Origin: a virus
Strand: one strand, 5' to 3'
IMG/VR virus record: IMGVR_UViG_3300031975_001631
Length of the DNA stretch: 64,000 bases
The position numbers were made by a program, and so were the translations under genes. Numbering within the stretch: the first letter of the stretch is position 1; each line of letters starts with the position of its first letter. This document shows positions 28,366-36,423 of this stretch, piece by piece. Below the pieces are notes generated by a model. The model did not search any database and had not been told where the DNA came from. It worked only from the letters and a program-made list of their open reading frames with translations.

Positions 28366-28852
28366 GTTGGATGACGGAGAACCGTGATTGATAATTGTAT
28401 GCAAACCGGGTACGATTGCCATGGATACCCCACCCCAACCAATTGTAAGCATGTTTCATGTAGAAATCTACTGATTGTTCCTCACTCCTGAGATAAAGTT
28501 CATAACGATTCCATTGAGGTTCGTTCACCATATAACGCAATTGTGTTTCAATAGTATCAACATTTCCACCATACTTTTTAGCAAAAGCTCCTAACCCATA
28601 ATAACGATTGGGAGAGGTCCATTGAATCAAACCGAACCCACCTGATTTACATCCATGATAACCAGTCCTTGCCCCACCCTCACAAACTAGCGTGTCAAAT
28701 TTAGACTCTTGTTTAATGTTGCCCAACACGACAGCGAGTGCATTTTGATTACGAATCCCTCGTTTCTGAAGAAACTCAAGTGTTTTTTGTTCGTTTGTGG
28801 TGCAGTCAAAACACACTACAATCGGTGCAGGAGGTTGATTGTAATTGATCAT
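28346..28852 (-). CDS. Phage tail lysozyme-like (Phage_lysozyme2-type) protein
   Basis: ALAVVLGNIKQES.F, GFGLIQWT..R and ETQLRYM are characteristic of this family. Confidence 0.75.
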   Translation of the reverse strand: MINYNQPPAPIVVCFDCTTNEQKTLEFLQKRGIRNQNALAVVLGNIKQESKFDTLVCEGGARTGYHGCKSGGFGLIQWTSPNRYYGLGAFAKKYGGNVDTIETQLRYMVNEPQWNRYELYLRSEEQSVDFYMKHAYNWLGWGIHGNRTRFAYNYQSRFSVIQPLPEVA

Positions 28853-29061
28853 AAGAATAATTTAGAAGAAGAAATACAGAGTAAGAATGATAGCATAAGA
28901 ACCACATCCCATGATTTAGTTCTTATAAAGTATGGCACTGATATTGCATCAGCTACCAACATCATCATAGCACCTAGAGTGGTACTTACATGAAGAACAA
29001 TGAAGTATGATATGATAGCTAGAGCACTACCAATAATCCTGGCAATGACATCAATTTTCAT
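28849..29061 (-). CDS. Small multi-pass membrane protein
   Basis: 70 aa, almost entirely hydrophobic helices. Confidence 0.7.
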   Translation of the reverse strand: MKIDVIARIIGSALAIISYFIVLHVSTTLGAMMMLVADAISVPYFIRTKSWDVVLMLSFLLCISSSKLFL

Positions 29062-29246
29062 ACTGAAGTCTCTCGTTTGATATTTTTTTCGATCTCTTTC
29101 AAATACCTTGCCTTGCCTGGTGTCATAGATGTAACGACTACAGCACCGTTAGGACCGTGCCAAGTGTAGTGTTTACCGATCCGATACAAGGTGAAATCGT
29201 AAGATTTCATTAATTGTCGCAGTTCTTTGGGGATCTTAGTGGTCAT
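29058..29246 (-). CDS. HicA-like dsRBD-fold protein (putative mRNA interferase)
   Basis: 62 aa: helix, then FTLYRIGKHYTWHGPNGAVVVTSMTP, then basic helix; fits the HicA pattern F...R..(S/K)H......G..hhh..(H/T)P. Confidence 0.55.
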   Translation of the reverse strand: MTTKIPKELRQLMKSYDFTLYRIGKHYTWHGPNGAVVVTSMTPGKARYLKEIEKNIKRETSV

Positions 29247-29267
29247 GGAGGTGTCTTAACCTCACAT

Positions 29268-29321
29268 ATTCTAGCACCCCACCACTAGAGCGGCAGGGTA
29301 GCTAGTCCGGTTCGAGAACTG
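29268..29321 (-). promoter_or_regulatory. Putative early promoter with upstream motif
   Basis: CAGTT-CTCGA-ACCGGACTA, then 29 nt, then extended -10 TGCTAGAAT. Confidence 0.7.
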
Positions 29322-29536
29322 GTTGATTTCTCTAACCTTTTACAGAGATTTAAGGCAGACTGATAGTTACGGCAGACCTTGTATTGTCTGCCCTGATATA
29401 CAACTACGAATTTTTTGCTATTTCCAAGCGGGACCGCCGCCACTAACCCGTTTTTGCTCACATATCCAGAATATCTTAGTTGTGCATCAAGGATGTGAGT
29501 ATTTGTATGATAGACTGACTGATAGTTATCAGACAT
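29285..29536 (-). CDS. Hypothetical protein
   Basis: ORF track, 83 aa. Confidence 0.65.
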   Translation of the reverse strand: MSDNYQSVYHTNTHILDAQLRYSGYVSKNGLVAAVPLGNSKKFVVVYQGRQYKVCRNYQSALNLCKRLEKSTSSRTGLATLPL

Positions 29537-29690
29537 TCATATTCACACGCATGATTTGCACATCACCATACTGAGATTCAACGATTTGTTCAGCACCTTG
29601 TTGATCTTGGCACTGAACATTAACAGTTTGCATTCCAGTCCTAGCAGAGTAGAATGTCACTTCAGCAGAGCGGTTGTTGTTTCCAAACAT
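29529..29690 (-). CDS. Small hypothetical protein (53 aa)
   Basis: Hand-translated MFGNNNRSAEVTFYSARTGMQTVNVQCQDQQGAEQIVESQYGDVQIMRVNMNV. Confidence 0.6.
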   Translation of the reverse strand: MFGNNNRSAEVTFYSARTGMQTVNVQCQDQQGAEQIVESQYGDVQIMRVNMNV

Positions 29691-29705
29691 AATAAAAAGA
29701 GAGAA

Positions 29706-29870
29706 TTAAGCAGATGGGACGGTAGTTAGAACAGTTTCTATTCTACCATTAGGAACATCAATTGTAAACTGATCCTTAGCAGAGTCAACAGTATCTGCTA
29801 AGATTACTGCCTCTAATAGAGGTCCAGAACCATTGACTTTGTAAGAGATTGTGTGCTTGAACTTTGCCAT
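29706..29870 (-). CDS. Small hypothetical protein (54 aa)
   Basis: Hand-translated MAKFKHTISYKVNGSGPLLEAVILADTVDSAKDQFTIDVPNGRIETVLTTVPSA. Confidence 0.55.
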   Translation of the reverse strand: MAKFKHTISYKVNGSGPLLEAVILADTVDSAKDQFTIDVPNGRIETVLTTVPSA

Positions 29871-29872
29871 TT

Positions 29873-31138
29873 TTATGCGAATGAGTGGGCGGGAAGACCA
29901 TCAACAAAGATGAGATCAATAACTTTTTGCAAACGATTGCGCGTTGCTTGTGATGCTTTGCCACACAGGGGGACAGTCACAACACCATGAGATTTACGAT
30001 ATTGTGAAAGCTTACCAGGAATAATCCTACCTTCAGCAATATCTTTTGCATCATCCTTATGTAGACGAATGACACGACCAATTGTCTGTGCCATCTCAAT
30101 CACAGGCAGATTACGCAGTAGAATAGTATGCGTTAGACCAGGAACATTGATACCCTCAGACAGAATAGAATAATGAAAGACGATGAACTTTTTCTGATCA
30201 TCAGCACCCCATTCTTGAAGAGTCTCAAAGAACTTATCACGACCTACTTTGTCACGATTGATATATGCACCATGCTTAGATGTGATGTGCATAATATCAT
30301 AACCCATCTCATTCAAACTATCAAGAATATCTGTACGAGAAAGCATTGCCCACAATACACGGGTGTTAGGTGCGGCAACTAGAATCTTTGCAGCATCATC
30401 ATCACCAAGGTCATCAATAATGTCTAGTACCATCTCACGATCTACATCATGTGCATTATGCTTGTTACGCACAAGTTCTGTCTCATGAACAACAAGCTCG
30501 GGAGGAATAATGCTGCCATTGTTGATAAGTTCAGGAGCAGGAACAATCTCCAGAGTATTACCGAACACGACTTGATTGTTCATGCCATTTGCAAAAGGAT
30601 TGCGAGAATACTTAGGAGTTGCAGTAAAGAAATACGAATTAGATGCTAGTTGTGAAGTAGCAGCAACACCGACAAAGTGATTCTTTTGAATTGCATTGTG
30701 TGCCTCGTCACAATACATAACATCGACTTTGATGCCACTGTCAACAACTTTATGCAAACTGTGATAAGTGGTGAAGATAAGTTGATGAACATTTACATTC
30801 ATGCAAACATCATCATGACGCTGAATTTGATCGACTTTAGTAGTCTTAAAATGAGAAGTCTCACCACTGTGAATGTGCATCACAGTAAAGTTGTTGTTGT
30901 ACTCATAACCATCGATATTGTCAAGATACTGCATGAACTCACTACAAAGTTGTGAGGCAAGCAGAATGCGAGGAGCAACGACTACGATAGTCTGAGCAAC
31001 ATTAGCTGCATCAAGTCTGCGAACACAATCTTCCATCATGATGACTGTCTTGCCACCACCAGTAGGAACATAGACGCAACCTTTGTTATTACCAGCAAGA
31101 GCAGTGAGAGCGCGTTGCTGGTGTGGTCGTAGTTGCAT
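29873..31138 (-). CDS. Superfamily 2 DEAD/DEAH-box helicase (ResIII-like)
   Basis: Q motif LRPHQ, Walker A PTGGGKT, Walker B DEAH, motif III TAT, LSEGINVP and QTIGRVIR. Confidence 0.92.
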   Translation of the reverse strand: MQLRPHQQRALTALAGNNKGCVYVPTGGGKTVIMMEDCVRRLDAANVAQTIVVVAPRILLASQLCSEFMQYLDNIDGYEYNNNFTVMHIHSGETSHFKTTKVDQIQRHDDVCMNVNVHQLIFTTYHSLHKVVDSGIKVDVMYCDEAHNAIQKNHFVGVAATSQLASNSYFFTATPKYSRNPFANGMNNQVVFGNTLEIVPAPELINNGSIIPPELVVHETELVRNKHNAHDVDREMVLDIIDDLGDDDAAKILVAAPNTRVLWAMLSRTDILDSLNEMGYDIMHITSKHGAYINRDKVGRDKFFETLQEWGADDQKKFIVFHYSILSEGINVPGLTHTILLRNLPVIEMAQTIGRVIRLHKDDAKDIAEGRIIPGKLSQYRKSHGVVTVPLCGKASQATRNRLQKVIDLIFVDGLPAHSFA

Positions 31139-31160
31139 TGAAGTTCTGTCGTATGCAATA

Positions 31161-31214
31161 ATTATAGCAGATCCATATCTTTTCGCTTGTGTCCCGTGTC
31201 CAGTTTGCGAACTG
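31161..31214 (-). promoter_or_regulatory. Putative early promoter with upstream motif (helicase)
   Basis: CAGTT-CGCAA-ACTGGACAC, then 29 nt, then TGCTATAAT. Confidence 0.75.
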
Positions 31215-31315
31215 TCTTAGTATGTTCGTACCATGGATGCTCATAAGGTTGATTCATATTATTCTCTACCCATCTTTTAAGAGATTCATATCTCTCTTTC
31301 CAAATTAGTGCTTCT

Positions 31316-31516
31316 TCAGTCATTTTTGTCTAATACTTCAATGTGTGATAGGAACGAGGAGGGATATTGAAACCATATTGATTGTGCTATATCCCAAGCA
31401 TCAGTATTCAGTGACTCACCATTAGCTAATACAACTTTGTAGTTGTGTCTATCGTAGGGTTCATCACTAGAATTAGTGAAATAGCGAGGATCACTAGGAT
31501 CAATTAGTTGAGTCAT
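31316..31516 (-). CDS. Hypothetical protein
   Basis: ORF track, 66 aa. Confidence 0.7.
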   Translation of the reverse strand: MTQLIDPSDPRYFTNSSDEPYDRHNYKVVLANGESLNTDAWDIAQSIWFQYPSSFLSHIEVLDKND

Positions 31517-31537
31517 CTAATCTTGGTCTATGTCCAT

Positions 31538-31593
31538 ATTCTATCACAACCTCATCATGTTCAGTGTTGTCTGTTGTGACAGTTTTGTAAGTG
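31538..31593 (-). promoter_or_regulatory. Putative early promoter with upstream motif
   Basis: CACTT-ACAAA-ACTGTCACA, then 31 nt, then TGATAGAAT. Confidence 0.55.
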
Positions 31594-31647
31594 ATTGTAT
31601 ACTTCTCAGATAGCAATCTAGCAGCAGTATGCAAAGCCCATGCTAAT

Positions 31648-31866
31648 TCATTGTCCTTCGACATGTTTCTCTGCCTTTAATTGTCTGAAGTATAGTTTAT
31701 AATAGTTTTTCTTTATAGATTCAATCTTGAGCATATCTTCTTCAAATCCTAGGTATTTAAGCATCTGATATGACCCCTCTAACTCACTGATTAGTCTTGC
31801 ATAGTTAGCAGAACATCTCTCCTGTCCACCAAATTCATACTTACCCAACTCCATACAAGATTCCAC
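31648..31866 (-). CDS. Hypothetical protein
   Basis: ORF track, 72 aa. Confidence 0.65.
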   Translation of the reverse strand: MESCMELGKYEFGGQERCSANYARLISELEGSYQMLKYLGFEEDMLKIESIKKNYYKLYFRQLKAEKHVEGQ

Positions 31867-32188
31867 CTTTGAATGTTAAATATCGTCGCGGAAGTGCCGC
31901 ATAATGTGCATCCCATTTTGCAGGATATACTTCTATCTCCTTATCTATGAATACGGGGCTAACTTTACCATGACAACCATTTGGAACTGGTTTTACTCTC
32001 TCCCATATATTCTCTGCTTTCTCATTAATAATAAGATCGTGTGTTCCTTGATAATTAATGTCCCACAATCTACCTGCGGGATCTATCCAATACTGACACA
32101 TGCAACACTCTAAATCCTTGGTCTGCAATTCTTTATGAAACCCAGCACCAAGGTCATAAGATGATTTTAGAGTATCAAACATGCCCAT
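31841..32188 (-). CDS. Conserved hypothetical protein (MGMFD-type)
   Basis: ORF track, 115 aa; QTKDLEC...Y.ID..G.L pattern is common in phage ORFs. Confidence 0.75.
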   Translation of the reverse strand: MGMFDTLKSSYDLGAGFHKELQTKDLECCMCQYWIDPAGRLWDINYQGTHDLIINEKAENIWERVKPVPNGCHGKVSPVFIDKEIEVYPAKWDAHYAALPRRYLTFKGGILYGVG

Positions 32189-32189
32189 G

Positions 32190-32894
32190 TCATTGGTAGA
32201 TATGAAACATCATACCGTGATAACCAGAGTTGTACTTCTTACCTGATCCTTTCATTTGCAGATGGAACAGTTTAACTCCTTCAGCGGTATAAAAATGTAG
32301 TGTCGTATTATTTAGAACCCACTCTCCACCCTCACATAGCTTTTCAAGTTTTGCAATGTCAATGAAGCGCATTTGATCACTTTTCTTATTGCGCCATATC
32401 ATCTGACTCACAGGATAACCATCATTAAGACCTTTACGAACAATCACATCAAAAATTGCCATCTTATTGGCGTTCATAAAGGTCATGAAGGCGTCTTTAA
32501 TACCCTGAGGGATATTGTTAGCGTACACACGATTTTGACGAATCTCAGCGTCACTCAGAACGAGATCTTTATGGCGTAAAGAAATAGTAGACATACCATA
32601 GTTATTAGGAACACCAAAGAACAACCTAATAAACAAAGCTGGAAAAGTCTCTTGAAGTCCAAAATACTCAATAAATTTACGAGAGGATAGTAATGCTACT
32701 TGAGTATGATTCTTGCTTACATTCTTGACAGAATATGCAATACCAGAATCATTGTCATATACATCAACTTTGGTATCTGGGCGACCATTGACAACATGAT
32801 CACCACCAAATATCTCATTTAGATACTCAGGCAAACTGTGCTCAAACTTGTGACCCTCAGTTTTAGCAAGTCGTCCTGCTTCAGTTGCGTTCAT
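32190..32894 (-). CDS. PD-(D/E)xK-type endonuclease resembling HinP1I/MspI-like restriction enzymes
   Basis: G..FE helix, KVDV, SVK.....TQV and C-terminal LQMKGSG...Y..MMF resemble the catalytic layout of that enzyme group; assigned by eye. Confidence 0.55.
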   Translation of the reverse strand: MNATEAGRLAKTEGHKFEHSLPEYLNEIFGGDHVVNGRPDTKVDVYDNDSGIAYSVKNVSKNHTQVALLSSRKFIEYFGLQETFPALFIRLFFGVPNNYGMSTISLRHKDLVLSDAEIRQNRVYANNIPQGIKDAFMTFMNANKMAIFDVIVRKGLNDGYPVSQMIWRNKKSDQMRFIDIAKLEKLCEGGEWVLNNTTLHFYTAEGVKLFHLQMKGSGKKYNSGYHGMMFHIYQ

Positions 32895-32915
32895 GGTTGC
32901 CTGTCTTATGCCTAT

Positions 32916-32969
32916 ATTATAGCAATTAGAACCACGCTGTCACTTCTTCTTGGTCCGCTTCTTAAAGTG
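32916..32969 (-). promoter_or_regulatory. Putative early promoter with upstream motif (nuclease)
   Basis: CACTT-TAAGA-AGCGGACCA inside the 3' end of the halogenase-like gene, then 29 nt, then TGCTATAAT. Confidence 0.65.
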
Positions 32970-34358
32970 TCCATCCATCATCGAATCTAACACAATTTCA
33001 CCAAATTTCTCACTTGGTTCCCACAATGGTGACATGAGAGGATATTTGTTTGCATATGGAGCACCTAAACCATATACAGCTTGACAGAAACTTTGGTACG
33101 GACCTAACATTCTATATGGTTCATCTGACTCATCTGTCATTCTCTGACGCAGAAAGTATTTGTCATCTGCTTCTGCTTGATACCTGAAATAATCAAGTCT
33201 AATGTTTTCTTCCTCAGGGATCTCGTCTAATTTTACATATACTTCTCTACGCTCAGTTGAGTGAAGATCTTTATCTTCCAAGAGTCTACATGCTTTCTCT
33301 CTAGTTTGAACCCAGAAGTCAGAATGACGATACTTTGATCCAAACTGCAAGTAAAATGCCATGACTGCTGCTTGATCAATCTGACCATCTCTCCACCGAT
33401 CTTCTACCTCAAGACGCTGTATATTGTTACAAGGTTTTTCATCATCACCAAAGATAAATTCTCCTAATGCTTCACCTAAATCAGTCTCAACATAACTACG
33501 GAACCCAGTTAAGTCATCATTCATACCTAACGCACGACCACAACGGGCATACATTCTATTTTTGTTGACACAATAGTCAGATGTTTTATGATCTGATTCA
33601 GTTTTCTTATATGAACAGTGTTTTTTAACTGCACAATGAGTATTAAAATCTTCTACTGCTTGCTCTTCAGTTGTAATATCACTGTCATATGAATATATCC
33701 ATGTTTGTGCATCTTGTGTAGGAACACCAGTCAAATATCCATGCTCAGTAGCAATGTATGCAGTGTAATCCCAATCACCAGGAATCTTACGATTAACCGT
33801 TAGCTTTGTATCAGTTGGATTATATAATGCATCACTATATGACTCTTTATCCCACAGTCCACCTCTCACACAATCAACAATAAAATCAAACTCTTCACCA
33901 TCAATATATGCTTTTCTATCTTCTTCTGAGAACCCAATAGTTTCAACTCTTTTATCAATTAAGTTAAGATTAAAGTGTTGATTTTGGAGATTTTCCCAAT
34001 AGAACTCAACAAACTTACCTTCATCGATGTGCATTGAGATCTCGGTGGGATCAAACATGACAAAGAAGTTCTTATCAATTCTATTACCAAACCCAATAAA
34101 CTTTAACCCAAGTTTTTGAGTCGCATCAAATCTTTTATGAAAATCGAGTGTACTAATTGTGGTGTTGGTAGAAATAACAGTAAGCCAAAGTGTATTGACT
34201 TGCACTCCGAAGTTGTCAATTTTATGCGAGCAATCCCGTATCCATGTAATTTCGTCATCCTGGTATTCACTATCTTGTAGGTCTCTTCGCGAGATGAGTT
34301 GAGCAACAGTCGATACTGCATCTGCACCCGCACCGATGACAGCAATTTTCCTACTCAT
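32940..34358 (-). CDS. Divergent tryptophan halogenase (PrnA-like) flavoprotein
   Basis: N-terminal KIAVIGAG, ATQKLGLKF (conserved Lys region) and DFIVDC.G; the WxWxIP and FxEPLES motifs are degenerate. Confidence 0.7.
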   Translation of the reverse strand: MSRKIAVIGAGADAVSTVAQLISRRDLQDSEYQDDEITWIRDCSHKIDNFGVQVNTLWLTVISTNTTISTLDFHKRFDATQKLGLKFIGFGNRIDKNFFVMFDPTEISMHIDEGKFVEFYWENLQNQHFNLNLIDKRVETIGFSEEDRKAYIDGEEFDFIVDCVRGGLWDKESYSDALYNPTDTKLTVNRKIPGDWDYTAYIATEHGYLTGVPTQDAQTWIYSYDSDITTEEQAVEDFNTHCAVKKHCSYKKTESDHKTSDYCVNKNRMYARCGRALGMNDDLTGFRSYVETDLGEALGEFIFGDDEKPCNNIQRLEVEDRWRDGQIDQAAVMAFYLQFGSKYRHSDFWVQTREKACRLLEDKDLHSTERREVYVKLDEIPEEENIRLDYFRYQAEADDKYFLRQRMTDESDEPYRMLGPYQSFCQAVYGLGAPYANKYPLMSPLWEPSEKFGEIVLDSMMDGHFKKRTKKK

Positions 34359-34381
34359 GCGTCTAAAATTATATCTTCGTC

Positions 34382-34388
34382 TATTTAG
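34382..34388 (-). promoter_or_regulatory. Late-promoter-like CTAAATA upstream of the halogenase-like gene
   Basis: CTAAATA 24 nt before the ATG. Confidence 0.5.
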
Positions 34389-34642
34389 TTAAAAACGGGT
34401 AGAATATCGTAGTCTTCAATTCCTTGCTCTTTTAGCACATTAATATACCAGATTACATCTTCTTGTCTGTAGAATACTGCCTTTTGAAATGAAGAGTATC
34501 CTTTCTTTGGGCGCTTCCAATGTAGAGCGAATTTCATTGAACTCATAGCTATAGTTGTGCTGAACTTCGACAAAGTTACTCTACTTGGAATTCCAGGTCT
34601 TGTCAACCGTAATGTTAGCAAGACGAAACTCATCGTCAACAA
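34385..34642 (-). CDS. Hypothetical protein (true start probably internal, MSSMKFALHW)
   Basis: ORF track; the N-terminal part overlaps the upstream gene. Confidence 0.6.
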   Translation of the reverse strand: MLTMSFVLLTLRLTRPGIPSRVTLSKFSTTIAMSSMKFALHWKRPKKGYSSFQKAVFYRQEDVIWYINVLKEQGIEDYDILPVFN

Positions 34643-35759
34643 ACTTCATCATTGACTTGTCATTGTGAACAACATATCCCTCAGGACTTGTGGGAGTTTG
34701 ACCGATAAATGTCTTGATAGTGCGAACTTTGTTGAGTTGGTCAATGACCATTTTCTTAGCAGTACGAATAGAAATATACGCGGCAATCAAGAAGTACAAC
34801 TCACGACGATACATAGCGATGAACATGAGACCATCAGTCTCCATGTTTTCGTATTTTTTCTGAGTTGCAGCAGTTTTCTTCTTGCCCCTCTCAGTTTGAA
34901 TAGCAACTCTGTAGAATTGTGCAAACTCAGCAACCATTGTCTTGGCATTGACAACACCACGACCACCACGGATACGCTGATTGAAGAACTTTTTGAGAAG
35001 AAGGTGCATCATTAGGTTAGATTTACCTTGACCTTGTAGGATGTCAAGAAACTTAGAAGATTGCTTTAGCGCACCTTGTGCGAGATTGATGTGAGCATTG
35101 AATGTATACAGATCTCTTTCATCAAAAAGAGAAGCACCAGTGGCATCAATAAAATTCGCACTGGCAACAAAAACATCCTCAGTAGAATGATACTTAGGGG
35201 CTTTTTTGAGAGGTACAACTTCCGCAGTCTGTAGAGTATCGCCCTTGTATTTTGTATGAAATACGATTCCAAGTTTGGAAAGATGAACGACAGAACCTGT
35301 ACGGGAATGACGATCAACAGCATAAGTAATAGTATTAGGAGTGAAACAAATAACTCTGTTTCCACCGACAATACCGCTTCTCTTGTCTTCTTGAGTGAAT
35401 AGTAAGTCACCTTGAACAATACCAGAGATATTAAGTTGAGGAAGATATTCTAGACAATCTTTGAGCTTTGATGCAAGTTGACCGTTGTAAAAACGATCTA
35501 CATCAGTGTCATCAAAACAAATTTTAGGATTGACTTTGTTGAATACTGATTTAGTACCGACAAAGAAACGACCACTGACAGGTTCAGTGCCACAAATAAT
35601 AGCTGGGGCACCATCCCACTTGGTAGTGATATTTAAGTCACTGGACTTGCCAGATAACATATCACTGAACTGTCGGAGGAAAGTAACAACATTGAAACCG
35701 CCAGCAGTGCCGCTGTTCAGGATCTCGTCTTCTAGGTGCTCAAGGTGGGTGTTTTTCAT
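34581..35759 (-). CDS. Ligase/nucleotidyltransferase-like protein (probably DUF6267 family)
   Basis: HLEHLED, TTKWDGAP (KxDG), QGDLLF, PEGYVV and a C-terminal K(F)V correspond to nucleotidyltransferase motifs I, III, IV and V. Confidence 0.65.
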   Translation of the reverse strand: MKNTHLEHLEDEILNSGTAGGFNVVTFLRQFSDMLSGKSSDLNITTKWDGAPAIICGTEPVSGRFFVGTKSVFNKVNPKICFDDTDVDRFYNGQLASKLKDCLEYLPQLNISGIVQGDLLFTQEDKRSGIVGGNRVICFTPNTITYAVDRHSRTGSVVHLSKLGIVFHTKYKGDTLQTAEVVPLKKAPKYHSTEDVFVASANFIDATGASLFDERDLYTFNAHINLAQGALKQSSKFLDILQGQGKSNLMMHLLLKKFFNQRIRGGRGVVNAKTMVAEFAQFYRVAIQTERGKKKTAATQKKYENMETDGLMFIAMYRRELYFLIAAYISIRTAKKMVIDQLNKVRTIKTFIGQTPTSPEGYVVHNDKSMMKFVDDEFRLANITVDKTWNSK

Positions 35760-35765
35760 GTCCTT

Positions 35766-35818
35766 ATTATAGCGTCTGTGGGGCGCTGTGGGGGCGTTAG
35801 TGGACAGTTCTTCATCTG
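35766..35818 (-). promoter_or_regulatory. Putative early promoter with upstream motif (ligase-like gene)
   Basis: CAGAT-GAAGA-ACTGTCCAC, then 28 nt, then TATAAT. Confidence 0.65.
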
Positions 35819-36414
35819 AACCCAGGACCAGTCGCCCAGACCACTAGAGAGCGTCTTGTGCCCCTAGTGATAGGTGTTACACGATGTAAAACATAGCTAG
35901 GAAATACTGTTACTATTCCTCTGTCATTTGCAATTGTATGAACTTCTCCATCATTAACTTGAAGTTCTCCACCATCATAATCATCAGGATCAGTTAGTTG
36001 TATTGACATGCTCAACTTTCTAGGTGGAGCATCACCAAGTATCATATTATCTACATGCCAACGATAGAAAGACTTATCATCATTGTAAACAGTATATTGA
36101 AGATGCTCATGAAATCCATGAAGATCAAATCTCCAGTGCATACCATTCATACACCTAAGAATATTTCCTAGCCTGTCATATATCCATTCAGTCTCATCAT
36201 TTAGCTCAATCCATGAGTTTTTAGATTTTCTAATACTTTCTACTACTTCATTAGATTCATCATCAACACCAACTATGGATGCTTGAGGATTTAATGACTC
36301 ACCATATCTAATAATTCTGTCACACTCTTGTGGGGTGAATCCTTCTACCCAAGTTTCATATAAAATCTCCCCCATACCGAAATTGGGTGAGGGGGATAGA
36401 CGATAAATTGACAT
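35812..36414 (-). CDS. 2OG-Fe(II) oxygenase, prolyl-4-hydroxylase/PKHD type
   Basis: YRWHVD (HxD), RKLSMSIQL, YDGGEL, FPSYVLHRVTPITRGTRRSLVVW (distal His and 2OG-binding Arg). Confidence 0.92.
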   Translation of the reverse strand: MSIYRLSPSPNFGMGEILYETWVEGFTPQECDRIIRYGESLNPQASIVGVDDESNEVVESIRKSKNSWIELNDETEWIYDRLGNILRCMNGMHWRFDLHGFHEHLQYTVYNDDKSFYRWHVDNMILGDAPPRKLSMSIQLTDPDDYDGGELQVNDGEVHTIANDRGIVTVFPSYVLHRVTPITRGTRRSLVVWATGPGFR

Positions 36415-36423
36415 AATAAAAAA

